A stretch of DNA of 64,000 nt from an uncultured Christensenellaceae bacterium (GTDB taxonomy: Bacteria > Bacillota > Clostridia > Christensenellales > UBA3700): assembly GCA_963931165.1 (NCBI GenBank), contig OZ006985.1, forward strand, positions 207,900 through 271,899, in the 5' to 3' direction. A model generated the notes under the pieces. That model was given only the letters and a program-made list of their open reading frames with translations. It did not search any database and was not told where the DNA came from. The position numbers were made by a program, and so were the translations under genes. Below, in pieces: positions 1 to 9,586 of this stretch (positions are counted from its first letter, which is position 1; each line of letters starts with the position of its first letter).

Positions 1-253
1 CGGGATCGGTCATCGGCAGGCACCAAAGCCCTGCGTCGCCGTCATATGCGTCGAACAGCCTGACGCAAAGCTCGGCGGTCGCCCACTCGCGCGCGTGCAT
101 CGCGCCTTGGATGAGAAGCTGCGGTCCGTCGGGCGCTCCCTTGAAGACGCCCGCGATCTCTCTGCCGAAGAGACTGTATCCGACGACGAACTTTTTCGCG
201 CCCTTTGCGGCAAGAGCGTCAAGCCCCGCCAACATGTCTTCGTATGAGTACAT
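1..253 (-). CDS. M14-family zinc carboxypeptidase (gamma-D-glutamyl-meso-DAP peptidase-like), N-terminal part; gene continues beyond window start
   Basis: Hand translation of the minus strand from ATG 251-253: MYSYEDMLAGLDALAAKGAKKFVVGYSLFGREIAGVFKG..LIQGAMHAREWATAELC, open to nt 1. HAREW is the HxxE zinc motif of M14 peptidases. Absent from the ORF track because it is cut by the window edge. Confidence 0.5.
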   Translation of the reverse strand, partial: MYSYEDMLAGLDALAAKGAKKFVVGYSLFGREIAGVFKGAPDGPQLLIQGAMHAREWATAELCVRLFDAYDGDAGLWCLPMTDP

Positions 254-290
254 ACCGCATAGTATGCGCCCAAAAGCCGAAACGTGTCGC

Positions 291-764
291 CTATTTGTGG
301 TAGGCGACGTTGTTGTTGATCGTGAACGCGCGGTAGATCTGCTCTTCGGCGACGATGCGTATCAATTGGTGGGGGAAGGTGATCTTGCCGAAAGATATCA
401 CCTCGTCCGCCCTCGCCCTGACCTCGTCCGACAGCCCGTACGAACCTCCGATCACAAAGTCGATGTGCGACGTCCTCTGCGCAGCCGCGGCGAGCGTCGC
501 CGCGATCTCTTCGCTGGTCGCCTGTCTGCCTCTGCCGTCGAGCACGACGACATATCCGCCGCCGAGCGCCGCGATCAATCTCTCGCCCTCGGCGCGCTTG
601 ACCGCCTCGATCTCCGCCGCGCTCTTTGCGTCCGAACGCTGTTCGGCGACCTCTTTGACCGAAAATTTGCAAAAGCGACTCAGCCGCTTTTCGTATTCCG
701 CGCTCGCCTCGCGAAGATAGCTCTCTTTGAGCTTGCCCACGCAGACGAGACCGACCGCGATCAT
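291..764 (-). CDS. rlmH: 23S rRNA (pseudouridine1915-N3)-methyltransferase RlmH (SPOUT)
   Basis: MIAVGLVCVGKLKESYLREASAEYEKRL..FVIGGSYGLSDEV..ISFGKITFPHQL is the typical full-length RlmH pattern. Start moved to the internal ATG at 762-764, which overlaps the upstream stop. Confidence 0.9.
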   Translation of the reverse strand: MIAVGLVCVGKLKESYLREASAEYEKRLSRFCKFSVKEVAEQRSDAKSAAEIEAVKRAEGERLIAALGGGYVVVLDGRGRQATSEEIAATLAAAAQRTSHIDFVIGGSYGLSDEVRARADEVISFGKITFPHQLIRIVAEEQIYRAFTINNNVAYHK

Positions 765-1888
765 TGCACCCCCGCGATGTTGAGGATGAACATCAATATC
801 CACAGCACGCCGGCGAAGAGGAACGCATAGATCAGCGCGCGGCGGTCGCGCAATTTGGTCTTGTTCGCGCTCTCGCGGCGCGCCTCTTTGATGACTTCCG
901 CCATCTGTTCGCTCTTAGCCTCGGCAAGCTCGGCGTCGAGCGCGTCGAGTTCCGCCTGCGCCGCGCCTCTGACCTCGGGCGATTCGTACAGCGAACGCAG
1001 CGTGCGCTCCATATCCGCCCTCTTTGCCGCGCCCGACTCGGGATCGACCTTCGCCGCGCGCGCCTTGCACAGATATATCACCGCGATCAGCAGCCCTATC
1101 GTCGCCGCGACGCCGACAACGCACATCACGACATATTGCCACGCCTCGGTGACGGCGAACGCCGACCCTCTGTTTTGAACGTAGCCGAGCACGAGCGCGA
1201 TCGCGTTGTTGAGGAAGTGCAAAATTATCGGCGGCCAGAGGCTGCGCGTCGCAAAGAACAGCACCGCGCAGACGACGCCGATCAAAAATTGATGTACGAG
1301 TTGAAGGGGGCTGCCATGCATGATCGCGAACAGCAGCGCGGACATAAACACCGCGAACACATACCCCTTGCGCGCGAATGCGCGCGCGACGCAGCCTCTG
1401 AACACATACTCTTCGGCGATCGCCGGAAGCAGCGCGACGAGGATGAGCGTCGCGGCAAGCTCGCCCGGAGTCGACGGCATGATCGACGTCGCCGCGGAAG
1501 TGTCGTATCCGATCAGCGCGACCAGCCTGACAAAGCCCTCGGCGAGCGGCTGACCCATGCAGATCAGCGCGACCGAAAGGGGTATCACGAGCAGCGTCGC
1601 CCAAAGCGAAAACCTGCCCTCGAAGCCCATGCCGCGTATCGTGTCGTAGCCCTTGATCTTGCCGTAGGCGAGCGGCGTGAGCAAAAACGCGATCTCGTTG
1701 GACGAAGTGATGATGCACGCATAGGCGATCGTCTTTGAAAAATCGGGATCGACGTCGGTGACGCCGAGCACGATCACGATGATCACCTGAAGCAGCAATT
1801 TGAGCACATAGCTGCCCAAAAAGACCGCAGAACCGTCGCTCGGTTCCCATCTGAACAGCTTTTTGCCGTTGAATTCCGTCGTCGTCAT
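761..1888 (-). CDS. CPBP-family intramembrane glutamic endopeptidase (CAAX protease-like)
   Basis: Multi-TM protein with CPBP motifs EEYVFRG, FAIMHG and HFLNN. Start set at MTTTEFNGKK (ATG 1886-1888); the upstream part of the listed ORF overlaps the next gene. Confidence 0.8.
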   Translation of the reverse strand: MTTTEFNGKKLFRWEPSDGSAVFLGSYVLKLLLQVIIVIVLGVTDVDPDFSKTIAYACIITSSNEIAFLLTPLAYGKIKGYDTIRGMGFEGRFSLWATLLVIPLSVALICMGQPLAEGFVRLVALIGYDTSAATSIMPSTPGELAATLILVALLPAIAEEYVFRGCVARAFARKGYVFAVFMSALLFAIMHGSPLQLVHQFLIGVVCAVLFFATRSLWPPIILHFLNNAIALVLGYVQNRGSAFAVTEAWQYVVMCVVGVAATIGLLIAVIYLCKARAAKVDPESGAAKRADMERTLRSLYESPEVRGAAQAELDALDAELAEAKSEQMAEVIKEARRESANKTKLRDRRALIYAFLFAGVLWILMFILNIAGVQ

Positions 1889-2676
1889 ATCGTTATTCTC
1901 CCCGACGGCTTGAACTGATCCGCAACGAACAGCAAGACGTCGTCTCCCTCTCTGACCCCGCGGCGCGCGAGCAGTTCGCGGCTCGCCTCGAACGCGAGTT
2001 CGGGTGTGTTGTTTTCCTCGCTGAGATGAGCGAGAACTATCTTTTGAGTGCCTGTGCAGGCAAGCGCCGCGACCGTTTGCGCGCAGGCGTCGTTGCTCAA
2101 ATGCCCTCTGTTGCCGGCGATGCGCGCCTTGAGCAGGCGCGGATATCTGCCGCCCTCGAGCATCAGCGGATCGTGATTGCTCTCGAGCACGACCGCCTTG
2201 CATCCCGACAGCTTCGCCAACGTCCCGTCCGACACAAAGCCGAGATCGGTCGCGATTGCGATGTCCTCTTTGCCCGTGCTGATCCTGTACCCGACCGTGT
2301 AGTGCGCGTCGTGCGGCACGCGGAAGGGCTTGACCGACAGACCCTTGACGGTGACCTCGCCGTCGTACTCGTTGGGGACGAAAAACCTCTCGTCGCCGTC
2401 CTCAGTCTTGAAGTTGCCCAGACACGCCGCAGGTATATGCACGGGCGTATCGTACGCGCGCGCGAACGCGCCCACGCCTTTGACGTGGTCGGAGTGTTCG
2501 TGCGTCACAAACAACGCGTCCGTCTGCGACAGGTCTATCCCGCGATAGTTCGCCCTCACCCTCAGCTCTTTGAGCGAAAGTCCCTGATCGATGAGGATCG
2601 CGGTGTCGCCGTATCGCACATAAGTGCAGTTGCCCTTGCTGCCGCTCGCCAGCGTGCATATCTCCAATTTGTCCAT
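1885..2676 (-). CDS. MBL-fold metallo-hydrolase (YycJ/WalJ-like)
   Basis: LASGSKGNCTYV..ILIDQG..THEHSDHVKG (HxHxDH motif), 263 aa. Confidence 0.8.
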   Translation of the reverse strand: MDKLEICTLASGSKGNCTYVRYGDTAILIDQGLSLKELRVRANYRGIDLSQTDALFVTHEHSDHVKGVGAFARAYDTPVHIPAACLGNFKTEDGDERFFVPNEYDGEVTVKGLSVKPFRVPHDAHYTVGYRISTGKEDIAIATDLGFVSDGTLAKLSGCKAVVLESNHDPLMLEGGRYPRLLKARIAGNRGHLSNDACAQTVAALACTGTQKIVLAHLSEENNTPELAFEASRELLARRGVREGDDVLLFVADQFKPSGRITI

Positions 2677-2718
2677 AGCAACGGCTTTTCGCCGCGTATA
2701 ATTGTAGCATATTTTCTG

Positions 2719-2747
2719 TTGTAAGTAAAGCGCGGATATGCTAAAAT
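2719..2747 (+). promoter_or_regulatory. sigma-A-type promoter for the fumarate hydratase genes
   Basis: TTGTAA (2719-2724), 17 nt, TGcTAAAAT (-10 at 2742-2747), about 20 nt upstream of the RBS. Confidence 0.4.
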
Positions 2748-2768
2748 AATACGCGTAAGGAGATGACT

Positions 2769-3626
2769 ATGTTTACTGTCGACACCTCGACCGTCGCCGA
2801 AGAAGTACGCAAGGCGATCGTCGAAATCAGCCGCAACATCGAACCGACCTGCCTCGCCGCGCTCGAACGAGCCCGCGACGAAGAAAAGGTCCCCGCCGCG
2901 CGCTTCGCCCTGACCAAAATGTGCGAAAACGCGCGCTTCGCCGCCCAAACGGGCTATCCCGTCTGTCAGGACACCGGGATGTGCGTCGTCTTTGTCGAGA
3001 TCGGCAAAGACGTCCTTTTGACCGGAGCTCTGCTCCAAGACGCGATCGACGGCGCCGTCCGGGAAGGCTATGCCGACCTGCGCAAATCCGTGCTCGACCC
3101 CGTCACGCGCGTCAACACCGGCACCAACGCCCCGGCGGTCGTCCACACCGACTTCGTCCCCGGCGACGAGGTCAAGGTGAGCGTCATGCTCAAGGGCTTC
3201 GGCAGCGAGAATATGTCCGCGCTATACATGCTCAACCCCGCGCAGGGGCTGGATACGGCAAAAGATCTGATCGTAGAGACGGTCGCGCGCGCGGCGTCCA
3301 ATCCCTGCCCGCCGGTCATCGTCGGCGTGGGGCTGGGCGGCACGTTCGAGCTGTGCGCAAAGATGTCCAAACAGGCGCTGTTCCGCAAGATCGGCTCCTC
3401 CAATCCCGATCCTCAATTGGACGCGATCGAGCGTGAGCTCATGGAGAGGATCAACTCTCTCGGCGTGGGCGCGCAGGGCTTCGGCGGCAAGACGACCGCG
3501 CTCGGCATATTCATTCGCAAGTACCCGACCCACATCTCGTCGCTGCCCGTCGCGGTCAACATTTTGTGCCATTGCAGCCGCGCAAAGGTAGCCGTCATCG
3601 GCAAAGAGGGGGTGCGCTATGAGTGA
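2769..3626 (+). CDS. class I (Fe-S) fumarate hydratase, alpha subunit
   Basis: GYPVCQDTGMCVVFVEIG, GFGSENMS and VGVGLGGT motifs of the FumA/TtdA N-terminal family. ATG 2769 preferred over 2763 because AAGGAG (2757-2762) abuts 2763. Confidence 0.85.
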   Translation: MFTVDTSTVAEEVRKAIVEISRNIEPTCLAALERARDEEKVPAARFALTKMCENARFAAQTGYPVCQDTGMCVVFVEIGKDVLLTGALLQDAIDGAVREGYADLRKSVLDPVTRVNTGTNAPAVVHTDFVPGDEVKVSVMLKGFGSENMSALYMLNPAQGLDTAKDLIVETVARAASNPCPPVIVGVGLGGTFELCAKMSKQALFRKIGSSNPDPQLDAIERELMERINSLGVGAQGFGGKTTALGIFIRKYPTHISSLPVAVNILCHCSRAKVAVIGKEGVRYE

Positions 3627-4146
3627 AAAGAGATTGACCATGCCGTTTGACAAAAGCGAACTCGCGACGCTCAAAGTCGGCGACGGGGTCCTCCTGTCGG
3701 GGACTATGCTCGTCTTCCGCGACGCGGGACATAAGCGGCTGTTCGAGAGCATCCAAAGCGGCAAGCCCGACTTCGACTACGCCGGCGAGACCGTCTACTT
3801 CATGGGTCCGTGTCCCGCGGTCAAAGGTCAGGTGATGGGCAGCTGCGGTCCGACAACGTCGGGCAGAATGGACAAGTACACGCCCTATATGTTCGATCAC
3901 GGGCTCGCCGCCCAGATCGGCAAGGGCAAGCGCAGCCCCGAATGCATAGAGGCGATCAAGCGCAACAGGGGCGTCTACTTCGCCGCGATAGGCGGCGCGG
4001 GCGCGCTTTACAGCGGCACGGTGACCGCCGTCGAAGAGATCTGCTACCCCGACCTCGGCACCGAGGCGGTCAGGCGGATCACCGTCAAAGACTTCCCCGC
4101 GATCGTCGCGATCGACAGCAAAGGCAACTGCATTTACGCCGATTGA
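3619..4146 (+). CDS. class I fumarate hydratase, beta subunit
   Basis: LLSGTMLVFRDAGHKRL..YFMGPCP..GPTTSGRMDKY is the FumA C-terminal/TtdB family pattern. Overlaps the alpha subunit stop by 8 nt. Confidence 0.85.
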   Translation: MSEKRLTMPFDKSELATLKVGDGVLLSGTMLVFRDAGHKRLFESIQSGKPDFDYAGETVYFMGPCPAVKGQVMGSCGPTTSGRMDKYTPYMFDHGLAAQIGKGKRSPECIEAIKRNRGVYFAAIGGAGALYSGTVTAVEEICYPDLGTEAVRRITVKDFPAIVAIDSKGNCIYAD

Positions 4147-4158
4147 CGTACACAAAAA

Positions 4159-4187
4159 GGAGCGCTTCCGGGCGCTCCTTCTTTTTT
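4159..4187. terminator. bidirectional intrinsic terminator between convergent genes
   Basis: GGAGCGC-loop-GCGCTCC hairpin flanked by an A-run upstream and a T-run downstream. Confidence 0.6.
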
Positions 4188-4222
4188 GCTTAAATACGTT
4201 TTTCAAACACGGGCACGAAAAA

Positions 4223-4669
4223 TCAATACAGTTTGCCCTCAAAGAATTCCGTCATCAATTGACTGAACTTGACATCGTTGCAGGTCTTGAGATAGACATA
4301 GTATTGCACGCCGTCATACTCAAACCTCGCGTTGTAGTGGCGGCGCGAGAACGCGCCCTTGCGGTAGGTGTAGCTCAGCTCGCAGTCGCCGACCTTGACG
4401 CGCTTTGCGTTCTCAATCGCCGCCTCGTCGAACACCGACGGGTCGAGCAGCACATACTCGGTCAACTCGTGATTGCCGAACATGATCGAGAAGAACTCTT
4501 TGAGATAGACCGGCTTGCCGTCGCCGCCATACCCCGTCTCCGACTTCATGTCCGTCACGTCGCGCATCGCGAAGATCAGATATTTGGTGCCGTGCTCGGA
4601 GTTGTAATCGGCGATCGAGCTTGACTTGCGCTCTTTTACGCCCTTTGGCTTAAACAGCTTATTTGGCAT
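4223..4669 (-). CDS. hypothetical protein (148 aa)
   Basis: Clean ORF with non-shadow amino-acid composition. It overlaps the glnS stop by 11 nt. No family recognised. Confidence 0.5.
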   Translation of the reverse strand: MPNKLFKPKGVKERKSSSIADYNSEHGTKYLIFAMRDVTDMKSETGYGGDGKPVYLKEFFSIMFGNHELTEYVLLDPSVFDEAAIENAKRVKVGDCELSYTYRKGAFSRRHYNARFEYDGVQYYVYLKTCNDVKFSQLMTEFFEGKLY

Positions 4670-6284
4670 AGCTGTCCTTGAGCCCGGTGATCATGTTGAA
4701 CGAACGATCGCCCTCGCCGTAGCTGCCCGCCGCGCTGAAATAGCCCATGCGCATGAATTGGAAGCGGTCGTACGGCTTTGCGTCCGCAAGGCACGCCTCG
4801 CCCTTTGCACCGGCGAAGATGCGGTGGCTGTCGGGGGTGAGCCTGTCGTTGAAGTCTCCCTCCCCGTCCAAAAGCAGATAGTCGTATTCGTGCAACTCGA
4901 TGTCGACGCAGTCGTCGGCGTTGACCCATTGGATGACGCCTTTGACCTTGATGCCCGCGTTGGCTCCGCCGCTCTTGCTGTCGGGGATGCGGCGGCAGAC
5001 GACGCGCGTCACGTTTCCGGCGTCGTCGCACTCGTGCGACACATATTCGACGATGTACGCGCCCTTGAGCCTCACCGTGCCGCCGGGAACGAGCCTCTTG
5101 TACTTGGGCGGCGGTACGGGCGCGAAGTCCGCCCTGTCGATGTAGATGCGCCTGCCCAAGATGACGTCGCGATAGGTGACCGTCTCGGCGTTGGGGTTGT
5201 TCTCGACGCGGCACAGCTCGCCGCCCTCCATGTCCTCGATGATCATCTCGATCGGGTCTTTGACGACCATGACTCTGTCCGCGGTGTTGTTGAGGTGATC
5301 GCGGACGAAGTGTTCGAGATAGGCGACGTCGACCTCGCTGTTGGCTTTGGTCACGCCGACCGCGGCGCAGAAGTTGCGGATCGCCTCGGGCGGATATCCC
5401 CTCTCCCTCATGCCGCTGAGCGTAGGCATGCGCGGATCGGACCAGCCCGAGACCTTGCCCTCGTCGACCAGCTTTTTGAGGAAGCGCTTGGACATGATCG
5501 TGCGCGTGATGTTGAGCCTCGCGAACTCGATCTGTTTGGGGAAATCGCCGAAGCCGCAATTGGTCTTGACCCAATCGTAGAGGGGGCGGTGATCCTCAAA
5601 TTCGAGCGTGCAAATGGAGTGAGTGATCCCCTCGAAAGCGTCTTCGAGCGGATGCGCGAAGTCGTACATCGGATAGATGACCCACTTGTCGCCGGTGCGG
5701 TGATGCGTCTCGTGCAAGATGCGGTAGATGACCGGGTCGCGCATGTTCATGTTGGGGCTCGCCATATCGATCTTGGCGCGCAGCACCTTTTCTCCGTCCG
5801 CGTAAAGCCCTCTCTTCATCTCGTCGAAGAGGCGCAGATTTTCGGACACGGTGCGCTCGCGCCACGGGCTGTTCTGCCCGGGAGCGGTCAGCGTGCCGCG
5901 CGTCGCGCGGATCTCGTCCGCCGAGTAGTCGCAGACATATGCCAGCCCTTTCATGATCAAGCCGACTGCGCACTCGTACATCCTGTCGAAATAGTCGGAC
6001 GCATAGAGTTCGCGATCCCACTTGAAGCCCAGCCACGCGATGTCGCGCTTGATGGAATCGACATATTCCTGATCCTCTTTGCAGGGATTGGTGTCGTCAT
6101 AGCGCAGATTGCACTCGCCGCCGTACTTGCTCTTCATCCCGAAGTTGATGCAAAGGCTTTTGGCGTGCCCTATGTGCAGATAGCCGTTGGGTTCGGGCGG
6201 GAAACGGGTGACGATCTTGTCGCAGCCCGCCTCGATGTCCTTGTCGATGATGTCTTCAATGAAGTTGGAAGAACCTTGCTCCAT
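4659..6284 (-). CDS. glnS: glutamine--tRNA ligase
   Basis: SNFIEDIID..TRFPPEPNGYLHIGHAKS (HIGH) and IMSKRFL (KMSKS-like). Start set at MEQGSSNF (ATG 6282-6284). Confidence 0.92.
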   Translation of the reverse strand: MEQGSSNFIEDIIDKDIEAGCDKIVTRFPPEPNGYLHIGHAKSLCINFGMKSKYGGECNLRYDDTNPCKEDQEYVDSIKRDIAWLGFKWDRELYASDYFDRMYECAVGLIMKGLAYVCDYSADEIRATRGTLTAPGQNSPWRERTVSENLRLFDEMKRGLYADGEKVLRAKIDMASPNMNMRDPVIYRILHETHHRTGDKWVIYPMYDFAHPLEDAFEGITHSICTLEFEDHRPLYDWVKTNCGFGDFPKQIEFARLNITRTIMSKRFLKKLVDEGKVSGWSDPRMPTLSGMRERGYPPEAIRNFCAAVGVTKANSEVDVAYLEHFVRDHLNNTADRVMVVKDPIEMIIEDMEGGELCRVENNPNAETVTYRDVILGRRIYIDRADFAPVPPPKYKRLVPGGTVRLKGAYIVEYVSHECDDAGNVTRVVCRRIPDSKSGGANAGIKVKGVIQWVNADDCVDIELHEYDYLLLDGEGDFNDRLTPDSHRIFAGAKGEACLADAKPYDRFQFMRMGYFSAAGSYGEGDRSFNMITGLKDSYAK

Positions 6285-6295
6285 TCTCTCCTCCG

Positions 6296-7948
6296 TCAAA
6301 ACAATCCTTTTATCTCTTGCGTATCGTCGTCGATCGTCATGTCGAGCGCGTTGGGGCGCTTGCCGAGCCCGGGCATCAGCATGATGTTGCCGCAAACGGC
6401 GACCGCAAAGCCCGCTCCGCCGCGCGGTTCGACGTCTTTGACGTGCAGCGTAAAGCCTGTCGGGCGGCCGAGTTTTGTCGCGTCATCAGAGAAAGAATAT
6501 TGCGTTTTCGCGATACATATCGGCAATTTGCCCTTACCCGACTTCTCGAGACGCGCGATGCTCTTCTCCGCCTTGGCGGCATATTCTACGCCGGCGGCGC
6601 CGTAAACTTTGGTCGCGACTTTGTATATCTTTGTCTTGATGTCGTCGTCCATGTCATAGGCAAACGTGACATCGCCGCCCTTGTCGCATGCGGCGACGAC
6701 CTGTTTTGCCAGCTCTACCGCACCTTTGCCGCCCTTCTCCCAGCACTCGCAAAGCGCAAAGTCGGCGCCCTCGCCGCGGCACGCCTGCTCGATCAGAGCG
6801 ATCTCTCCGTCCGTGTCGGTGACGAACTTGTTGATCGCGACGACGACGTTGGCGTGATAGACGTCCCTCAAATTCCGGATGTGCCCGATCAGGTTGCAAA
6901 GCCCCTTTTCGAGCGTCTTTTCGTCGGGCTTGGACGCGTCCGCCTTGGACGCTCCGCCGTTATATTTGAGAGCGCGCGCCGTCGCGACGAGCACGACCGC
7001 CTGCGGTCTGACGCCTGCGACACGGCACTTGATGTCAAGGAACTTCTCCGCGCCGAGATCCGCGCCGAATCCCGCCTCGGTGACCACATAGTCGGCAAGC
7101 GCAAGCGCGGTGCGCGTAGCGATCACGCTGTTGCAGCCGTGGGCGATGTTGGCGAACGGCCCGCCGTGCACGAGCGCGGGCGTCCCCTCGAGCGTTTGGA
7201 CAAGGTTGGGTTTGAGCGCGTCTTTGAGCACAATCGCGACCGCGTCCGCGCAGCCGAGCTGCGCGCATGTCACCGGCTCGTCGTGCCTGTCGTATGCGAC
7301 GATGATGTCGCCGATGCGTCTCTTGAGGTCTTTGAGGTCGGAGGCAAGGCACAAAATTGCCATTATCTCGGATGCGGCGGTGATGTTGAAGCCCTCTTGA
7401 CGGGGCACGCCGTCCGTGCTGCCGCCCAGCCCGCAGACGATGTTCCTCAGCGAGCGGTCGTTCATGTCGAGACACCTCTTCCAGACGACCTTGGTCGGAT
7501 CGATATGCAACTCATTGCCGTGTTGCAGATGGTTGTCGAGGATCGCGGCGATCAGATTGTTTGCGCAGGTGATCGCGTGCAGATCGCCGGTGAAATGCAG
7601 ATTGATGTCCTCCATCGGGACGATCTGGGCATGTCCGCCGCCCGTCGCTCCGCCCTTGATGCCGAACACGGGTCCCAGCGACGGCTCGCGCAGCGCAAGG
7701 CATACCTTTTTGCCGAGTTTCGCCATGCCGTCGGCAAGACCTATCGACGTGGTCGTCTTGCCCTCGCCGAGCGCGGTCGGATTGATCGCGGTGACCAAGA
7801 TGAGCTTGCCGCCCTTAGAAGAGACGACAGGGTCGATCTTTGCCTTGTACTTGCCGTACTGTTCGCAGTCGTTGACGCCGAGTTTTGCGGCGATCTCGCC
7901 TATCGGTCTGAGTTCGGCTTCGTGCGCGATTTGGATGTCGCTTTTCAT
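6296..7948 (-). CDS. fhs: formate--tetrahydrofolate ligase
   Basis: [41 protein letters not shown], full-length FTHFS pattern (550 aa). Confidence 0.95.
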   Translation of the reverse strand: MKSDIQIAHEAELRPIGEIAAKLGVNDCEQYGKYKAKIDPVVSSKGGKLILVTAINPTALGEGKTTTSIGLADGMAKLGKKVCLALREPSLGPVFGIKGGATGGGHAQIVPMEDINLHFTGDLHAITCANNLIAAILDNHLQHGNELHIDPTKVVWKRCLDMNDRSLRNIVCGLGGSTDGVPRQEGFNITAASEIMAILCLASDLKDLKRRIGDIIVAYDRHDEPVTCAQLGCADAVAIVLKDALKPNLVQTLEGTPALVHGGPFANIAHGCNSVIATRTALALADYVVTEAGFGADLGAEKFLDIKCRVAGVRPQAVVLVATARALKYNGGASKADASKPDEKTLEKGLCNLIGHIRNLRDVYHANVVVAINKFVTDTDGEIALIEQACRGEGADFALCECWEKGGKGAVELAKQVVAACDKGGDVTFAYDMDDDIKTKIYKVATKVYGAAGVEYAAKAEKSIARLEKSGKGKLPICIAKTQYSFSDDATKLGRPTGFTLHVKDVEPRGGAGFAVAVCGNIMLMPGLGKRPNALDMTIDDDTQEIKGLF

Positions 7949-7975
7949 AACGTCCTCCCAAACGAGTATAGTTCT

Positions 7976-8004
7976 ATTTTATCCCCATTGCGCCCAATAG
8001 TCAA
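7976..8004 (-). promoter_or_regulatory. promoter of the fhs-glnS operon
   Basis: Minus strand reads TTGACT (7999-8004), 17 nt, TAAAAT (7976-7981). Confidence 0.45.
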
Positions 8005-8032
8005 GCAAACTTTCGCCACGCGCGCCGATGCG

Positions 8033-8057
8033 CGCGCATATGCGCGAATATTCGCGC
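8033..8057. promoter_or_regulatory. two overlapping perfect palindromes (candidate operator)
   Basis: CGCGCATATGCGCG (8033-8046) and GCGCGAATATTCGCGC (8042-8057), between the divergent fhs and BNR-protein promoters. The first recurs at 47472-47485. Confidence 0.4.
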
Positions 8058-8086
8058 TTGCAAAACGCTTGCGGCTGTGCTATAAT
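8058..8086 (+). promoter_or_regulatory. promoter of the BNR/sialidase-fold gene (apparently leaderless mRNA)
   Basis: TTGCAA (8058-8063), 17 nt, TGcTATAAT (-10 at 8081-8086). The ATG at 8093 is only 6 nt after the -10 and has no room for an RBS. Confidence 0.5.
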
Positions 8087-8092
8087 CGAACT

Positions 8093-9463
8093 ATGGACAG
8101 CGAAAAGACAACTCGATCAAACGCAAAAATGCGCAAAACGCTCGCTGTCGCGGCGATAAGCGCGGCGATCCTGCTTGTCATCGTCGGACTCACTCTTTTG
8201 ACGGTGTGGCTCGCGACGCGCAAGGACGCGCTCGACTATGTCGGCGACATACGCGTCGTCGAACTCGACGAAAAATACACTTCCGTCATTGACAAGTCGG
8301 ACCGCTACCTCGGACATCCCGACTTCGTCGTCAACGACGAGGGCAAGCTGATCGTCGCCTACCCCGCCGGGCACGGCAAGGGAGCGATCATCATGAAGGA
8401 GAGCTCCGACTTCGGCGACACTTGGAGCGAACGCATCTCCGACCTGCCCCAAAGTTTTGAAAAATCGCAGGAAACGCCGACGCTCTACAACCTCGGCGGC
8501 GGCAGACTTCTGCTCGTGTCCGGCTGCCCGTCGTGGGCGGCGGACGACGAATATTACGCCGACGGCTTCAACTACGCGCTGTCCGCAGACGGCGGCGAGA
8601 CTTGGCCTCAATTCGAAAACGCCTACGGCATCGAGTGGGCAGACGCTCAACCCGACAAGGGCGACCCCGCCTACGACGGCGTCCCCGAAGAGCTCCTGCC
8701 CAACTTTGACGAAAACGGCAAGGCGCTGCCCTACGACGTCATCGTCGCAATGTCGTCGCTGACTCGGCTGCGCGACGAAAACGGAGAAGAAAAGTGGATG
8801 GGCACCTTCCACGACTACGACTTCTACAACTACGTCTCCTATCTGACATTTGACGAAGACGGCAACGCCGAGTGGAGCGCGCCGAAGAAGTTCTTGCACT
8901 CTCAGCGCAACGCCGAGCAGGCGGCAAACCTTTGCGAGATAGAGATCTTCCGCGCGCCCGCTCCCAACGATGACGCACTGATCTTGATCGGAAGAGGCAA
9001 TTCGCGCACTACAAATTCGTTGATCTGCGTGTCGACGGACGAGGGCGAAACGTGGAGCGAGCTCAAAGAGCTGCCCCTCTGCCTGACCGGCGACAGACAC
9101 AAGGCGGAGTACGACTTGGCGACGGGCAAGGTGCTGATCTCGTTCAGGCTGTGCCTGCCCGGCATGAGATCCAGCGCGTTCAGCACCCAAAATCTGCTGG
9201 GCGGCTATTGGGTCGGTTGGGTCGGCGATCCCGAGTCGCTGATCGACTACGCGACGGGCGACGCGGACAAGAGCGCGGCGTTCGGCGACGCATTGATCGT
9301 GCTGGGCGCGACCAACGACGGCGGCACCGATTGCGGTTACAGCGGCACCACATGCAAGGACGGGATGTTCGTGCTCTCCTCTTACGGCAAGTTCGCGGAC
9401 GGCGCGGCCAACCCGTTCATCATGCAGGCAAAATTCAACTTGGCGGACGTGCTCGGTCTCTGA
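8093..9463 (+). CDS. membrane-anchored BNR/Asp-box repeat protein (sialidase-fold glycosidase-like)
   Basis: N-terminal TM segment LAVAAISAAILLVIVGLTLLTVWL. Three Asp-boxes: SSDFGDTWS, SADGGETWP, STDEGETWS. Only the last 456 codons of listed ORF 6317-9463 are used. Confidence 0.7.
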   Translation: MDSEKTTRSNAKMRKTLAVAAISAAILLVIVGLTLLTVWLATRKDALDYVGDIRVVELDEKYTSVIDKSDRYLGHPDFVVNDEGKLIVAYPAGHGKGAIIMKESSDFGDTWSERISDLPQSFEKSQETPTLYNLGGGRLLLVSGCPSWAADDEYYADGFNYALSADGGETWPQFENAYGIEWADAQPDKGDPAYDGVPEELLPNFDENGKALPYDVIVAMSSLTRLRDENGEEKWMGTFHDYDFYNYVSYLTFDEDGNAEWSAPKKFLHSQRNAEQAANLCEIEIFRAPAPNDDALILIGRGNSRTTNSLICVSTDEGETWSELKELPLCLTGDRHKAEYDLATGKVLISFRLCLPGMRSSAFSTQNLLGGYWVGWVGDPESLIDYATGDADKSAAFGDALIVLGATNDGGTDCGYSGTTCKDGMFVLSSYGKFADGAANPFIMQAKFNLADVLGL

Positions 9464-9586
9464 ATCGAGCCGGCGGACGCCAATTACGCGAAAACGATTG
9501 CTTTTTGCGCAAAAAACCGCTAAAATATAATCGTCGGGTCATCCGACGACAGACGCGCGGCATCCGTCGCGCTCTCGGAGGGAAAG

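Noticed and set aside
4626-6605. 659-aa plus-strand ORF. The same reasoning covers similar long ORFs: 25368-27041, 28201-29226, 34424-36082, 36043-37782, 37969-39519, 40012-41334, 50067-51236, 52288-54141, 54821-56266, 59714-61015 and 61043-61876
   Set aside because: All of these lie antisense to, or out of frame with, confidently identified genes (glnS, gpmI, pgk, FGGY kinase, aminotransferase, M28, GT2, alaS, glnN, amt, malQ). All have Arg/Ala/Asp/Gly/His-rich low-complexity translations without recognisable motifs.
6317-8092. N-terminal 592 codons of the listed 1048-aa ORF 6317-9463
   Set aside because: This part is antisense to fhs and has shadow-type composition. A consensus promoter at 8058-8086 and a signal-anchor-like N-terminus support a start at 8093, so only 8093-9463 is called.
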